Below are positions 30,736 to 41,086 of a DNA stretch of 57,818 nt, piece by piece. Source of the stretch: an uncultured virus (IMG/VR IMGVR_UViG_3300021478_000018) (Duplodnaviria; Heunggongvirae; Uroviricota; Caudoviricetes); IMG/VR virus record IMGVR_UViG_3300021478_000018; one strand, written 5' to 3'. The notes beneath the pieces are model-generated. The model did not search any database and had not been told where the DNA came from. It saw only the letters and a program-made list of their open reading frames with translations. A program made the position numbers and the translations under genes. Positions within the stretch are counted from its first letter, which is position 1, and each line of letters opens with the position of its first letter.

Positions 30736-31443
30736 ATGAAACTTTCTAAACGAGAGGAAGATCTTCTTCGCCGGGGGCTCGATAAAGCGACGACCGCCGA
30801 TGAAGCCGAAACCGCCGCGAAGAATTTCTTTAAGGAACTCCGGCGGCGCGGCGTCGACGGCTACCAGTTCGTTCCGACCGAGCCGGTCGTCGCTCCGGCT
30901 CCGCCGCCGGAGTGGACTCCTCCGCCGCCGACCTATACCCGGTCCGCGCCGACCGCTTCGCCGACCGCGACGAAGACTAATCCGGGGAATGGGGTGGGGT
31001 GTTTAATCTTTCTGGTAATTATCGTATTCTGCCATAATTTTTGGCTTGCCCTGTTTTTGATGTGGTTGGTACCGCGTCTAATTTTTTCGAAAAGCTTCCG
31101 GGTGAGCGGGGCGATCCTCAGCGGCCTCGTCGCTTTAAGCCTCTTCGTCTGGATAATTTCGGCCTTACCGAAAGCTCCGAGCGTCCCTTTCGATTCGTCT
31201 TACCCGACGGCGACTCCGACTCCGTATACTCCGGCTCCGACGCCGACCCCGTACCCGACCCCGTACCCGACCCCGACTCCGTATCCTATGGAAATGCCGG
31301 AGAGTACGCCGATCCCGACGTCTATTCCCTCGTCGACCGGGTCTCACGAGCCGCTTTACGATTCCCGTACCGGGCACTATCGCGATCCGCTCGACGTCTT
31401 TCCGACGCCGAGCGCGGTACATCGGCATCGTCGGACGCACTAA
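30736..31443 (+). CDS. Membrane protein with PT-rich linker
   Basis: Start MKLSKREE; hydrophobic helices; PTPTPYPTP repeats. Confidence 0.6.
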   Translation: MKLSKREEDLLRRGLDKATTADEAETAAKNFFKELRRRGVDGYQFVPTEPVVAPAPPPEWTPPPPTYTRSAPTASPTATKTNPGNGVGCLIFLVIIVFCHNFWLALFLMWLVPRLIFSKSFRVSGAILSGLVALSLFVWIISALPKAPSVPFDSSYPTATPTPYTPAPTPTPYPTPYPTPTPYPMEMPESTPIPTSIPSSTGSHEPLYDSRTGHYRDPLDVFPTPSAVHRHRRTH

Positions 31444-31460
31444 TCCGTTCTTAAGAAGAA

Positions 31461-32915
31461 ATGAAATGGTATAAAGACGACGCATATGACGCGAAAACGG
31501 GAGAAGGGCTAGTCGGTTTTACGAAGGAAGAAAGATGGTTACTAAAGCCGGGCGACGAAATTCTCTTAAACGACGAGGTTACCGGGCTCTGGGCTCCGGC
31601 GACGATTATCCGGAGCGAGAACGGGGAAATTAAGGCCGATTGGCTCGGGGCCGCGTCGACGGACGCTGAGGTAAACCCGGCGGATTTTCTCGCCCGGACG
31701 GCGATCCTTCCGCCGGGATTTCTTATCGGGGCGACTTTCCTCCCCGAAGGCGGATACGCGCTCGATAAGCCGCCGTTTAAATTTAGCCTTATCCGGTATA
31801 CGGAAGATCTCTGGGAGCGGGAAAAGGATAATCCCGATCGTCCGGCGGAGATGGACCCCGATTTAGGGGAGCTTCTCGTGCTCGTCCGGATGATCGAGTT
31901 ATTGCGGTATGAATTTCTCGGGATGTCGATTCCGTATCCCCCTCTTAAGCATCGGATCGTTAACGACATGCTCCCGTTCTTCGCGAAATCGGCCCTCCGG
32001 CCCCACTTCGCTTCCGACCGGTCGACGAAACACGGGATGTGGGTGAAATATTTCGAATGGAGTATCCGGGATTTAAAGGGCTTTATCGGGCCCGTAAGGA
32101 AGTACGGCTGGGACGTTTACGGGCCGCTCGTCGAGGTCGTTACGGGTAAGGCGGTCCGGTGGATCGGTTCCGAGGACGCTCTTAAAGCGATCCTCGCTTA
32201 CCGGGTTTTAACTCCGACGCCGACGATCGTCGTTCCGGCTCCTCCGGAAAGCGTTCCCGACGCTCCCCTTATTCTTCCTAACCCTCCGAATTATCAATCG
32301 TCCGTTACGCCCCAACTCTCTCTAACCGAAACCGAAACCGAAACCGAGCTACCTATGACTCCTACCGAATTGAAGTTTACTCCCGAAGAATTTAAGCAGC
32401 TTATGAAAGAAGCCGCTAAAGAAGGAGGTAAAGAAGCCGCGAAAGAAGTTCTCGCCCAATACGCGCAGATTTCCGCGCCCGCTCCGCCTTCCGCGCCCGC
32501 TCCCGAAGACCCTCTTACGAATCGTTTAAAAGAGGAGTTCTCTCCGGAGAAAAAGTTTTTTCCGCCGCCGTTACTAGATAGGACCGAGGAACTTACCGAC
32601 GAGATAAAAAAGTATTTTGACGAGCATCTCGATTTCATTCGTTCGGTTTATCAAGTCCGAGACATATTTAAAGATAAGTGGGAGCCGGAATTAGAAAATT
32701 TGCGGAAGTACCGTCTCGACGGGGCGAAAAATCGTCGCGATTTTATCGGGATAATCCGGACGATCTTAACGAAGCTAGCCCAAGAGGGCTATATTCAGGT
32801 CGTTCAACTCCCGCACCCTCATAACCGTAACGGGAAAGAAAAAGTAAACGATTGGCGCTATGCGAAGATTTCGACGGCGGTAAATTGTAAAGTCAAGGAG
32901 GAGGAAGTACTGTAA
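31461..32915 (+). CDS. Hypothetical protein
   Basis: 484-aa ORF, 9 nt after CGTTCT. Confidence 0.6.
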   Translation: MKWYKDDAYDAKTGEGLVGFTKEERWLLKPGDEILLNDEVTGLWAPATIIRSENGEIKADWLGAASTDAEVNPADFLARTAILPPGFLIGATFLPEGGYALDKPPFKFSLIRYTEDLWEREKDNPDRPAEMDPDLGELLVLVRMIELLRYEFLGMSIPYPPLKHRIVNDMLPFFAKSALRPHFASDRSTKHGMWVKYFEWSIRDLKGFIGPVRKYGWDVYGPLVEVVTGKAVRWIGSEDALKAILAYRVLTPTPTIVVPAPPESVPDAPLILPNPPNYQSSVTPQLSLTETETETELPMTPTELKFTPEEFKQLMKEAAKEGGKEAAKEVLAQYAQISAPAPPSAPAPEDPLTNRLKEEFSPEKKFFPPPLLDRTEELTDEIKKYFDEHLDFIRSVYQVRDIFKDKWEPELENLRKYRLDGAKNRRDFIGIIRTILTKLAQEGYIQVVQLPHPHNRNGKEKVNDWRYAKISTAVNCKVKEEEVL

Positions 32916-32994
32916 GCTGGACGTTCCGAATTTACCGCTTAAGCCGAATGTTTGTTGCGGGTACCCGGTCGACGCCGGGGAAAGCTTCGCTACC

Positions 32995-33237
32995 ATGCTC
33001 GGGGAGATCGAACTCGATCCCGACCCGCACGCCGGAGACGTCGCGCTCTGCCTAAACTGCGGGACTCTTCTCGTCTATCTCGACGAAGAAAATAACGCCC
33101 GGCTCGCCGAATTAATCGATCTAATTCCGCTCAGCGATAAGCGCCGGAAACAGCTTAAGAAGGCCCAGAGGCACGTCCGGCGGCGGGGCCGGATCTGGCC
33201 GAAGAAAAGGGGTGGGGAACGGTTTTCGCCGAACTAA
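32995..33237 (+). CDS. Small hypothetical protein
   Basis: CLNC motif; start uncertain. Confidence 0.4.
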   Translation: MLGEIELDPDPHAGDVALCLNCGTLLVYLDEENNARLAELIDLIPLSDKRRKQLKKAQRHVRRRGRIWPKKRGGERFSPN

Positions 33238-33262
33238 GGTTTCCGCGTTCTTTTAGAAGTAG

Positions 33263-36200
33263 ATGAGAGCCCTAATTAGCGCTGACTGGCAACTACAGAA
33301 TTATCCGGAATTTAGTAGCTTAGTCGGGGAAGGGTATAACCGGAGACTCGTCGATTTCCTCGCCGGGATTACGGCGATTCTAGAGGAGGAACGGCCCGAC
33401 GTTTTAATCGTCGCGGGGGATCTCTGGAATAATAAGAGCGTAACCGAGAACGACCTCGGCGACTACGTCCATAGGACCTTTCTCGGCTGGAAGGAGAACC
33501 TCCTCGGCGAGATTATTCTTCTCCTCGGGAATCACGACGTCGCCCTCCTAAGCGCGAAGATCCACTCTCTTAGTCAGTTCCAGAGCTACTGCACCGTTAT
33601 AACCGAGGCCCGGGTTTACCGCGATCTCGCCTTTTCCCCTTGGAGGCCGACCCTTTCGGCGATCGAGGAAGATCTTAATTTCCTCGCCGGATCGGGCGCG
33701 GAGACCCTCGTCGGGCACTGGACGGTTAAAGGGGCGGCTTCGGGTTCTACTTTAATGCCGACCGGGGTCGACCCGGAGTTTCCGGCGCTCGGGAAATTTA
33801 AACGGGTCCTTCTCGGCGATATCCATCTCTCCCAGAAGATTGGCGATAACATCCTTTATCTCGGGAGCCCGAGTCAGATCAATTTCGGGGAAGAGAATAA
33901 CGTAAATTTCGTCTGGCTCCTGGATACCAAGACGGATTTTCTCCGGGCGATCCCGACCTCTTTCCCCCAGTTTAAGACCGTCTCGACGATCGAGGAGGCG
34001 GAACGTTACCGGGCGGAAGGTTACTTCGTCCGGATTAAGGCCGGGTCGCGGGAGGATATGGCGAAAGGGAACGCCGAAGGGTTCCGGGTCGAGCAGGACT
34101 TTACCGAAAGCGTCGCTTCCGAGGCCCGGGGGATCGTTAATAACGTTACCGAAGCGGTCGTCGCCTACGCGGTAACGAATAACCGGGAAGATCTCGCCGA
34201 GCCGGGGTTAAAGTTTCTCGAAGGGGCGTTAGCGGCCCGGACGGTCCCGGCGGTCGAGGTCGCTCTCGAACGCCTCCACGCCGAGAATTTTCTTAGTTAC
34301 GCCGATCTCGATCTCGATTTCCGCGATCCCGCGACCGGCCTCGTCGTTATCCACGGCGAGGTCGTCGCCGACGTCGCCTACGATTCGAACGGGGCCGGGA
34401 AGACGGCTCTTTACGAGGCGATCTATTACGGGCTCTTTGGGACGACGCTTCGGTATGGGATCCGGAAGGACGCGACGATCCGGAACGGGGAAAAGAAGAA
34501 CGCCGTCCGGCTCGAACTAACCGTCCGGCGGGCTACCGGCGCTTCCGACCGGCTTTTAATCGACCGGCCCCGGCCCGGGGCCGTCCGGCTTACCTTAAAC
34601 GGGATCGAGATTACTAGTTCCGACGCTCTTTTAACCCAGAAGAAAATTCTAGAGCTAGTCGGCGAACCGGCTTTTTTCCTCCGGATCTCTTTCCTCGGGC
34701 TCCACTACCACCCTTCCTTCCTCCGGTTAAGCGATCCGGAAAAGAAGAAGTTTATCGATCAGTTTTCCGGTCTCGACGTCTTTACCTCGGCCCGGGAACT
34801 CGTAAACGACGAGCTTAAGCGGTTAGAGCTAGAAGCCCGGCGGCTCGAAGTCGAGGAGAACCGGTACGACGAGCGGAGAACCCTCCTAGAAGCGTCTTTA
34901 GCCGAGGCGGAAGGCTCTTTAGCTCTTTTCCGGGAACGCGAGCGTAAACTCACGGAGGAACGCGAGAACGAGGTTCGGGAACTTAAGGCCGAACTCGCCC
35001 GGCTCGCCGAGCCGGTCGTTCTTCCTTATCCCGACTTTAAAGCGCCCGAGTTACCGGAACCGGTTAAGCCGGATACCGAGGATCCGGAGCCGATCCGGAG
35101 CCGGATCGCCGAGAACGAGACGGTTTTAGAGGAGGTCCGGCCCGCGCTCGCCGAACTCCGCGAATCCCATCACGCCCAACTCCAGCCCCTCTTCCGGAAA
35201 GAGGAAGGAATCTTAAACGAGATCGCGACCCTTCAGAACTCGACCCAGCGGGAAGTCTGCCCGATGTGCAACCGGAAGTTCGACGACGCCGAGAAATACA
35301 ACCGTCACGTCGCGAAGAAGGTCGGCGAATTAACCGGGGTTTCGGCTTTAGCTCACGCCGAGGTCGAGGCCCTTAAGAACCGTTTAGACGCGGAACTCGC
35401 GAGTTTTAAAGAGGAGATTAGCGCCGTCGAAAGAATGATTAAATCCGACCGGATAACCCTCGCCGAGATTGAGGCGCTCTACGCTCGATTCGACCGGGAG
35501 ACCAACGCTTACCTTAACGCGAGTAAGCGGGCCGCTTTAGAGCATAAGGAAGCGTGCAACGCGGTCGACCGGCGGAACGACGCCGCCCGGCAGGCTTACG
35601 ACCTTCAGGTCCAACGGATCAACGACCATCTCCGCTCTTACGAGAAGATCCGTCCGGCGGAACCGACCGATCTTCTCGCCCATATCGAGACGTTAAGAGC
35701 TAGTTTTTCCGACGTTACGGAGAAGATTAGCGATCTCGCGAGCCGGAAAGAAGAGCTAATCCGGGGCCGGGCGGATCTAGAGTTTTGGGTCGCCGGGTTC
35801 GGTAACTCGGGTTGTAAGAGTCTCCTCTATACCAACCTCATAGATAGTTTAAACCGGGAGCTAGCGGATATCTGTAACGTCATCTCGGGAGGAGCTTTAG
35901 CTCTTCGGCTTCTTCCTTACGCCGAGACGGCCCGGGGCGACGTCGTCGAGAAGATAAGCCTCGAAGCGGTTAACTATCTTGGGGCCGATATTTTCGACGG
36001 CGATAGCTTAGGAGAGCAGAACCGGATCGATATCGCGGTCGCTTTCGCGCTCCGCCGGGTCCTCCAGACCTTCTCCGGTTACTCGTCGAACTTCCTCTTT
36101 ATCGACGAACCGTTTACCGGTCTCGACCGGAGCGGGAAGACGGCGGTTTACGCCCTCCTTAAGACGGAAGCGGAACGGGCTCTCGTTCTCGTTACCGACC

Positions 36201-36298
36201 AGGAGAAGGCGACGAAAGGGGAAACCGATTGTCGGGTTTGGACGGTTACGAAAGCGAACCGGATCTCGGTCTTATCGGCCCCGGATCGCGACCGCTAG
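33263..36298 (+). CDS. Fused SbcD/Mre11 nuclease and SbcC/Rad50 ATPase
   Basis: Phosphoesterase motifs ADWQ, AGD, GNHD, GH, GDIH; Walker A SNGAGKT; coiled coil with CPMC hook; SLGE signature; LFIDE Walker B. Confidence 0.9.
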   Translation: MRALISADWQLQNYPEFSSLVGEGYNRRLVDFLAGITAILEEERPDVLIVAGDLWNNKSVTENDLGDYVHRTFLGWKENLLGEIILLLGNHDVALLSAKIHSLSQFQSYCTVITEARVYRDLAFSPWRPTLSAIEEDLNFLAGSGAETLVGHWTVKGAASGSTLMPTGVDPEFPALGKFKRVLLGDIHLSQKIGDNILYLGSPSQINFGEENNVNFVWLLDTKTDFLRAIPTSFPQFKTVSTIEEAERYRAEGYFVRIKAGSREDMAKGNAEGFRVEQDFTESVASEARGIVNNVTEAVVAYAVTNNREDLAEPGLKFLEGALAARTVPAVEVALERLHAENFLSYADLDLDFRDPATGLVVIHGEVVADVAYDSNGAGKTALYEAIYYGLFGTTLRYGIRKDATIRNGEKKNAVRLELTVRRATGASDRLLIDRPRPGAVRLTLNGIEITSSDALLTQKKILELVGEPAFFLRISFLGLHYHPSFLRLSDPEKKKFIDQFSGLDVFTSARELVNDELKRLELEARRLEVEENRYDERRTLLEASLAEAEGSLALFRERERKLTEERENEVRELKAELARLAEPVVLPYPDFKAPELPEPVKPDTEDPEPIRSRIAENETVLEEVRPALAELRESHHAQLQPLFRKEEGILNEIATLQNSTQREVCPMCNRKFDDAEKYNRHVAKKVGELTGVSALAHAEVEALKNRLDAELASFKEEISAVERMIKSDRITLAEIEALYARFDRETNAYLNASKRAALEHKEACNAVDRRNDAARQAYDLQVQRINDHLRSYEKIRPAEPTDLLAHIETLRASFSDVTEKISDLASRKEELIRGRADLEFWVAGFGNSGCKSLLYTNLIDSLNRELADICNVISGGALALRLLPYAETARGDVVEKISLEAVNYLGADIFDGDSLGEQNRIDIAVAFALRRVLQTFSGYSSNFLFIDEPFTGLDRSGKTAVYALLKTEAERALVLVTDQEKATKGETDCRVWTVTKANRISVLSAPDRDR

Positions 36299-36613
36299 GA
36301 AAGCTTCTTCGTCGGCTTCTAAGAGGAGCTTCTGGGTTAAGGCGACGTCGTCTTCCGGAAGCCACTCTCCCTTTTCCGAAGCGGGCGTTACGCAAAGCGT
36401 AACGAGCGGAAACCCGCTCGGATCGAGCCGCTGGACAGTATTACCGGGCCGGATCCGGTAGAGATGGTTATTAACCGTAACGTCGAAACCGAGCCCCTGC
36501 TCTAACTGTTCGCGCTGCCTCGCGTTTAAGAGCGAAAGGAGCGTTAAACGAGCCCGGGCGCGGGCGGCGTTATGTTCGGCGAGGCGTTCGAAGTAATCGA
36601 CCCAAGCTTGCAC
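36272..36613 (-). CDS. Hypothetical partner of the GG-ending protein
   Basis: 113 aa; YRIR..LCVTP..LPEDDVALTQKLLLEADE. Confidence 0.6.
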   Translation of the reverse strand: MQAWVDYFERLAEHNAARARARLTLLSLLNARQREQLEQGLGFDVTVNNHLYRIRPGNTVQRLDPSGFPLVTLCVTPASEKGEWLPEDDVALTQKLLLEADEEAFLAVAIRGR

Positions 36614-36636
36614 GAGAAGGCGAGAGAGTAGGGAGT

Positions 36637-36864
36637 TTATCCGCCGACGGCGCGGGGAGTAAGAAAGATTCGTTCGGCGTTCGGGTTAAACTCCCGGATT
36701 ACGGCTCCGGGTTTATCGTTCTCGTTTAGCTCGTAAGCGGCGTAGCCCTTATGGAGGACCAACTGGTCGAACTTTTCTTTCGCGACTTCGACTTCGGTTT
36801 TAACCTTCGGGTCCCACTCTAAGGTAGTATCCCCGGATTTATCAAGTACGGAAAGCGTTGACAT
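36637..36864 (-). CDS. Small protein ending in diglycine (possible ubiquitin-like modifier)
   Basis: 75 aa ending IFLTPRAVGG*. Confidence 0.6.
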   Translation of the reverse strand: MSTLSVLDKSGDTTLEWDPKVKTEVEVAKEKFDQLVLHKGYAAYELNENDKPGAVIREFNPNAERIFLTPRAVGG

Positions 36865-36916
36865 ATAGATAGATAGGAATAATATCCCTCTATCCTAGGA
36901 AAATTAAACCTCTTTT

Positions 36917-37225
36917 TTAAACGGTTACGGCTTCCTTCGGGACGGCGGGCTCGGCGGCTCGCTTACTCCGGACGGGAGATTTATAACGGCGTTTTCGGAG
37001 CCCTAGGCGTTCTTGCTTCCGGAGTTCTATCCAGCGCTGCTTCTCGACCCGGGCCCGGCGGGCCCGTTGGAGGAGATCCTCTTTAATCCGGATCTCGTAA
37101 AAGAATTGAGAATTAAGACGATCGGGATGAACGTCGGGGTGGATAACGTGCCGGAGACGGTCTCCCGCTTCCCGTAATAGGGCACGCCGTTCGGCATTGG
37201 ATAAAGCCTGTAAATCGACTATCAC
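36917..37225 (-). CDS. Hypothetical basic protein
   Basis: GTG start 12 nt after CGTTCT on the minus strand. Confidence 0.5.
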   Translation of the reverse strand: MIVDLQALSNAERRALLREAGDRLRHVIHPDVHPDRLNSQFFYEIRIKEDLLQRARRARVEKQRWIELRKQERLGLRKRRYKSPVRSKRAAEPAVPKEAVTV

Positions 37226-37252
37226 TTCTTCCCTTTTAGAACGGCGACCGGC

Positions 37253-38383
37253 TTAGGCGTTCATTTTCCGTTCCAACTCAGCATATTCGGCCCGGAGGGC
37301 TAACTCTTCTTCGTAGAGACCGGTATTAGTATGGTGGCCGGAGGCGGCGGCGGTCCCTAAGCGTTGGAAAACGGTATTGCCTTCGTTGGAACCCGACGAC
37401 GTCCCCATTTCATGCAAATCCTCGGTCGTACTCCCGTTTAACCCTTTTTCCATGATATGCCGTTCCGTTTTCAGCCTTAAAATATCCTTCGGCGTCGGAA
37501 AAGTAAGGGTAATTCCTCCGAAAACGTGAGAAAGTTTTAAAAATAGATCTCCTCCAATCATTTCCGCCAGTTCCGGGAGTAAGCTCCAGCGCTTCGAGAG
37601 GCGGAGGATTTCGAGGTCGGTATAGTGGGGCGTGTAGAAGTCGAAAAGGACGCTCCGCATCTTTATGAGTGTGTAGTCGTAGAGAAGGTAGGCGTGGTCC
37701 TGGGTTAGGTCGTACATCGTTACGAGCGTATGACAGAGCTTCGTTTTCGAGGTCCCGAACCCTTCTAAAAGGAAGTAATTTACGAGGTACTTTAGAGCGT
37801 CGGAATGGCTCGCTTCGAGAAAGCGGGTCTCGGTCTCGTAAAGCCGGTCCTTAAAGTCCTGGGAGATGTCTTCCGGAATGTAGGCCTTCGCTTCGGCCTG
37901 TTCTAAGATTTCGTTCTCGACGCAGGTTACCCGCTTCGTCTTATTTCTAACTTTTTGGGCGTAGCTAATGAGGAAATGCTTGAAGCTGACGGAGAAATGC
38001 GAGAAACAGCGGCCCCGGGCCGGATCGAATTTTAAGAGAACCTTCGAGAGTTTTATCGCGCATTCGGCCCGGAGCGCGTCGACTTCGTCGTATTGTTGGA
38101 AGTGGTAGTTACGGATAATCGTATCGATTAAGGGAATCGTTTCGACGACGATCCTTTGCCAGACCTTTATATCGCGGGTTTTCTGATATTCTAAGACGAG
38201 ATTAAAGACCGTCTCCTCGTTAAAGAAGAGTTCCGATTCGTCGATCCCGCCGGGATTGTGCTGGGTTATAACGCGGCCTTCGGCGTTTCGTTCTAGGGGG
38301 CGGGCTTTGGGGCGTTCGGACTCGGGGACTAGGTTCTCATCGGTTAAGGAAAGATCGCTAGAAAGGCGCGGCGAGGAGTTCAT
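37253..38383 (-). CDS. Sigma-70-like transcription factor
   Basis: Region-2-like PLIDTII..DALRAECAIKLSKVLLKFDPARGRCFSHF. Confidence 0.55.
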   Translation of the reverse strand: MNSSPRLSSDLSLTDENLVPESERPKARPLERNAEGRVITQHNPGGIDESELFFNEETVFNLVLEYQKTRDIKVWQRIVVETIPLIDTIIRNYHFQQYDEVDALRAECAIKLSKVLLKFDPARGRCFSHFSVSFKHFLISYAQKVRNKTKRVTCVENEILEQAEAKAYIPEDISQDFKDRLYETETRFLEASHSDALKYLVNYFLLEGFGTSKTKLCHTLVTMYDLTQDHAYLLYDYTLIKMRSVLFDFYTPHYTDLEILRLSKRWSLLPELAEMIGGDLFLKLSHVFGGITLTFPTPKDILRLKTERHIMEKGLNGSTTEDLHEMGTSSGSNEGNTVFQRLGTAAASGHHTNTGLYEEELALRAEYAELERKMNA

Positions 38384-38587
38384 CGGGGTGGTGATTTTTA
38401 ACTACCTTAAATCCCTCGAAAAGTCGTCTTATTACGTTGGGGATAACCCACCCCTTTTCGTCAAAGTTCTCTACTTTGAGGGGGCGTAACTTCGAAAGAT
38501 ATTTTAGGGGTTCGCCCCGAGTTTCCGATTAGGGCAATCTTTTTCGGGATAAACGCGAGAAGACGACGCCGGTAAATACTCCGCGAG

Positions 38588-39574
38588 ATGCCCGTAAATT
38601 TCGTCGATGAGCTGATTCCGCTGACGCTTCTTTATACGAACGTCTACCAGAACGTCAGTAACCAAGTCCTCGAAATCGATAAAGCCTTAATCCCTCCGGG
38701 GCATCTCTGGTCGCGGTTATTCGCGACCCGTTATCTAACGGGATCGGACTACGACGACCGGGGCTACATTACCCAGAAGCTGATCGATCTCGGCTACATC
38801 GCCAAGTCGGTTTATTCGCCGGTTATCCCGCCCGCCTTCCTTTTTATGCAATCGTCCGAGTCGGAGCTTTGGTTCCAAGTCGACGCGATCGAGGTCGATC
38901 CCCTTAATAGCGATGTCGCTACGCAAGAAGACGCTTCCTTTGCGGCGACGGTCGTCGAGGGGCCGCCGGACGGGTCGGAGATAAACTTTAACGTCGAGGT
39001 CTCGGCGGGAACCTGGTTTATTCTCGGGCTCGATACGCTGTCCTGCGTCGGGATGCAACTCGATACGGTCGATAATCCGGGCGATGTATCGAGTCTCTAC
39101 GCGAAACGCCGTATCCAGCAGTTCCCTTCGCTTGAAGTCCCGATCGCCTTCCCGAATACGATTAATTTAATCTTTGACGATCAGGACAATAACCAGTACG
39201 TCCTCCGGATTACCGACGGCGGGGAGTTATTCTGGACGCCGTACGGGAACCGGACGCCGGTAACCCTTTTCGCGCCGGAATCGCTCTTCTGGAAGGTAAC
39301 GGAGCCGGTCTTAAACGAAATCCCGACCTCGCAAGAGGTCGTCTCGATCCTTAACCCGCCCGACTTAGCTACGGCGACTTACGCCGGAACCTATCGCGGG
39401 GGGAGCGGGAGCGGATATTCGGGGACGATTAGTTTCGAATGGCGGGCGGAAGACGTAGCGGAATGTCCCGCCGGAATTTTCCCGGTTAGCGGGACGAGCG
39501 GCCTCTGGACGACGGAGGGAACCCTTACGGTCGCCGGAATCCGGGAAGAGGCCGGATGGGGAGCGGGAAAGTAA
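38588..39574 (+). CDS. Hypothetical, probably virion structural protein
   Basis: 328 aa, acidic and beta-rich; directly upstream of a fibre gene. Confidence 0.5.
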   Translation: MPVNFVDELIPLTLLYTNVYQNVSNQVLEIDKALIPPGHLWSRLFATRYLTGSDYDDRGYITQKLIDLGYIAKSVYSPVIPPAFLFMQSSESELWFQVDAIEVDPLNSDVATQEDASFAATVVEGPPDGSEINFNVEVSAGTWFILGLDTLSCVGMQLDTVDNPGDVSSLYAKRRIQQFPSLEVPIAFPNTINLIFDDQDNNQYVLRITDGGELFWTPYGNRTPVTLFAPESLFWKVTEPVLNEIPTSQEVVSILNPPDLATATYAGTYRGGSGSGYSGTISFEWRAEDVAECPAGIFPVSGTSGLWTTEGTLTVAGIREEAGWGAGK

Positions 39575-39593
39575 TTTAGCTACGGTCCCCGAA

Positions 39594-40979
39594 ATGTCCT
39601 CCGATTTTTCCTATAACGTCGAAGTTACCCCGTTAAGTACGATCGCGATTCCCGGCCCGGTCGGGCCGAGCGGGCCGAGCGCTTACGCGGTCGCCGTCGA
39701 GGGCGGTTACTCCGGGAGCGAGGCGGAATGGATCGCGTCGTTAACCGGCCCGAGCGCTTACGCGGTCTGGCTCGGGGAGGGGAATAGCGGAACGGAAGCC
39801 GATTTTATCGCCGCGATCGAAGGGACCTCGGCGTATGAAGAGTGGTTGAACGCGGGAAATTCCGGAACGGAGTCGGATTTCCTCGCTTCGCTCGTCGGTC
39901 CGCCGGGACTCTCGGCCTACGGCGTCTGGATCCAGGCTGGTAACTCCGGGACCCCGGACGATTTCTTAGCCTTTATTACCGGCCCCCGGGGACCGAGCGG
40001 TTATTCCGCCTATACGATCGCCGTTATGCACGGGTTCGTCGGGACCGAGGCGGCTTGGTTAGCGTCCCTAAAAGGGGCGAGCGGAACGTCGAGCTGGTCC
40101 TCGTTAACCGGGGTTCCGGCGACCTTCCCGCCTTCTCCCCATACCCACGCCCAGATCGACGTTACCGGGCTCGTCGCCGCCTTAAATAGTAAGACGGCGC
40201 TCTCGACGGTCGTTCCGACGAGTATGTCGGTTACCGGCGGAGGGGCGATGAGCGGGCTAGCCTCGATTTCCTTCGTTAACGACCGGGCGAATCCCGGCCC
40301 TTTCGCGTTTTACGGGACGAATAACCTCGGGGGACGGGGATGGTGGGCGTACGGGTCGGTTATCGCCTATAACGTTCCAGCGGCGGGCGACGCCTCTACG
40401 TCTCAGGTCGTCCTCGGTTCCGATAGTCGTTTAACGAACGCCCGTTCCCCGCTCGGCCACTCCCTCTCCCATAGTTTCGGCGCTTCCGACCCGATCCAGA
40501 TTACGAAAGCGCAGATTTCCGATCTTCCCGGCGTCGTTAGCCCGACCGCGATCGGCTTCGTTCCGAAGCTGCCGACGACGAATCCGACCGGGGTTTTCTT
40601 CCGGGGCGACGGGAACTACGCCGCGCCGCCCTCCGGCGGGTCCGCCGGGATAAATTTTAGCCTCTCGGAGGCGTGGACGGGACTGTTCTGGGTGGACGGG
40701 AAAAACGTCTACCAGAAGACCGTCAATATCGGCGCTCTTCCGAATACGACTTCTCGCGCTACCGCGCACGGGATCGTCAATATTTCGACGATCCTTAGCC
40801 AGTCCGGTTTCGCGGCGACGAGTACCGCTTTTATCCCCCTTCCTTACCCGGCGACCGTCGCCGCCTCGGCGATCTCGGTTTCCGCCGATACGACGAACGT
40901 TACCGTTACGACGGGAAGCGCGACCTGGACGAGCTATAGCGCCTACGTTACCCTCCGGTATACCTGTACCGACCGGTAA
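39594..40979 (+). CDS. Tail fibre protein
   Basis: Five SAYxxWxxxGxxGTExxFL-type repeats, FPPSPHTH, C-terminal TGLFWVDGKNVYQKT..YVTLRYT domain. Confidence 0.8.
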   Translation: MSSDFSYNVEVTPLSTIAIPGPVGPSGPSAYAVAVEGGYSGSEAEWIASLTGPSAYAVWLGEGNSGTEADFIAAIEGTSAYEEWLNAGNSGTESDFLASLVGPPGLSAYGVWIQAGNSGTPDDFLAFITGPRGPSGYSAYTIAVMHGFVGTEAAWLASLKGASGTSSWSSLTGVPATFPPSPHTHAQIDVTGLVAALNSKTALSTVVPTSMSVTGGGAMSGLASISFVNDRANPGPFAFYGTNNLGGRGWWAYGSVIAYNVPAAGDASTSQVVLGSDSRLTNARSPLGHSLSHSFGASDPIQITKAQISDLPGVVSPTAIGFVPKLPTTNPTGVFFRGDGNYAAPPSGGSAGINFSLSEAWTGLFWVDGKNVYQKTVNIGALPNTTSRATAHGIVNISTILSQSGFAATSTAFIPLPYPATVAASAISVSADTTNVTVTTGSATWTSYSAYVTLRYTCTDR

Positions 40980-41086
40980 GTTTTCCGGTTCCCCGTTCTA
41001 TAAATTTAGCGGCGGATCGCCTTTCCCTTTACCTCGGTCCCTCCGGTTTACTACCCTTCTCTCTCCCTCGTATTTTCTTCCTAAAA

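Noticed and set aside
39590..39598. CGAAATGTC (and CGAAATGCC at 9221) as extra promoter copies
   Set aside because: The ATG inside the word is itself the start codon, so the match is probably coincidental.
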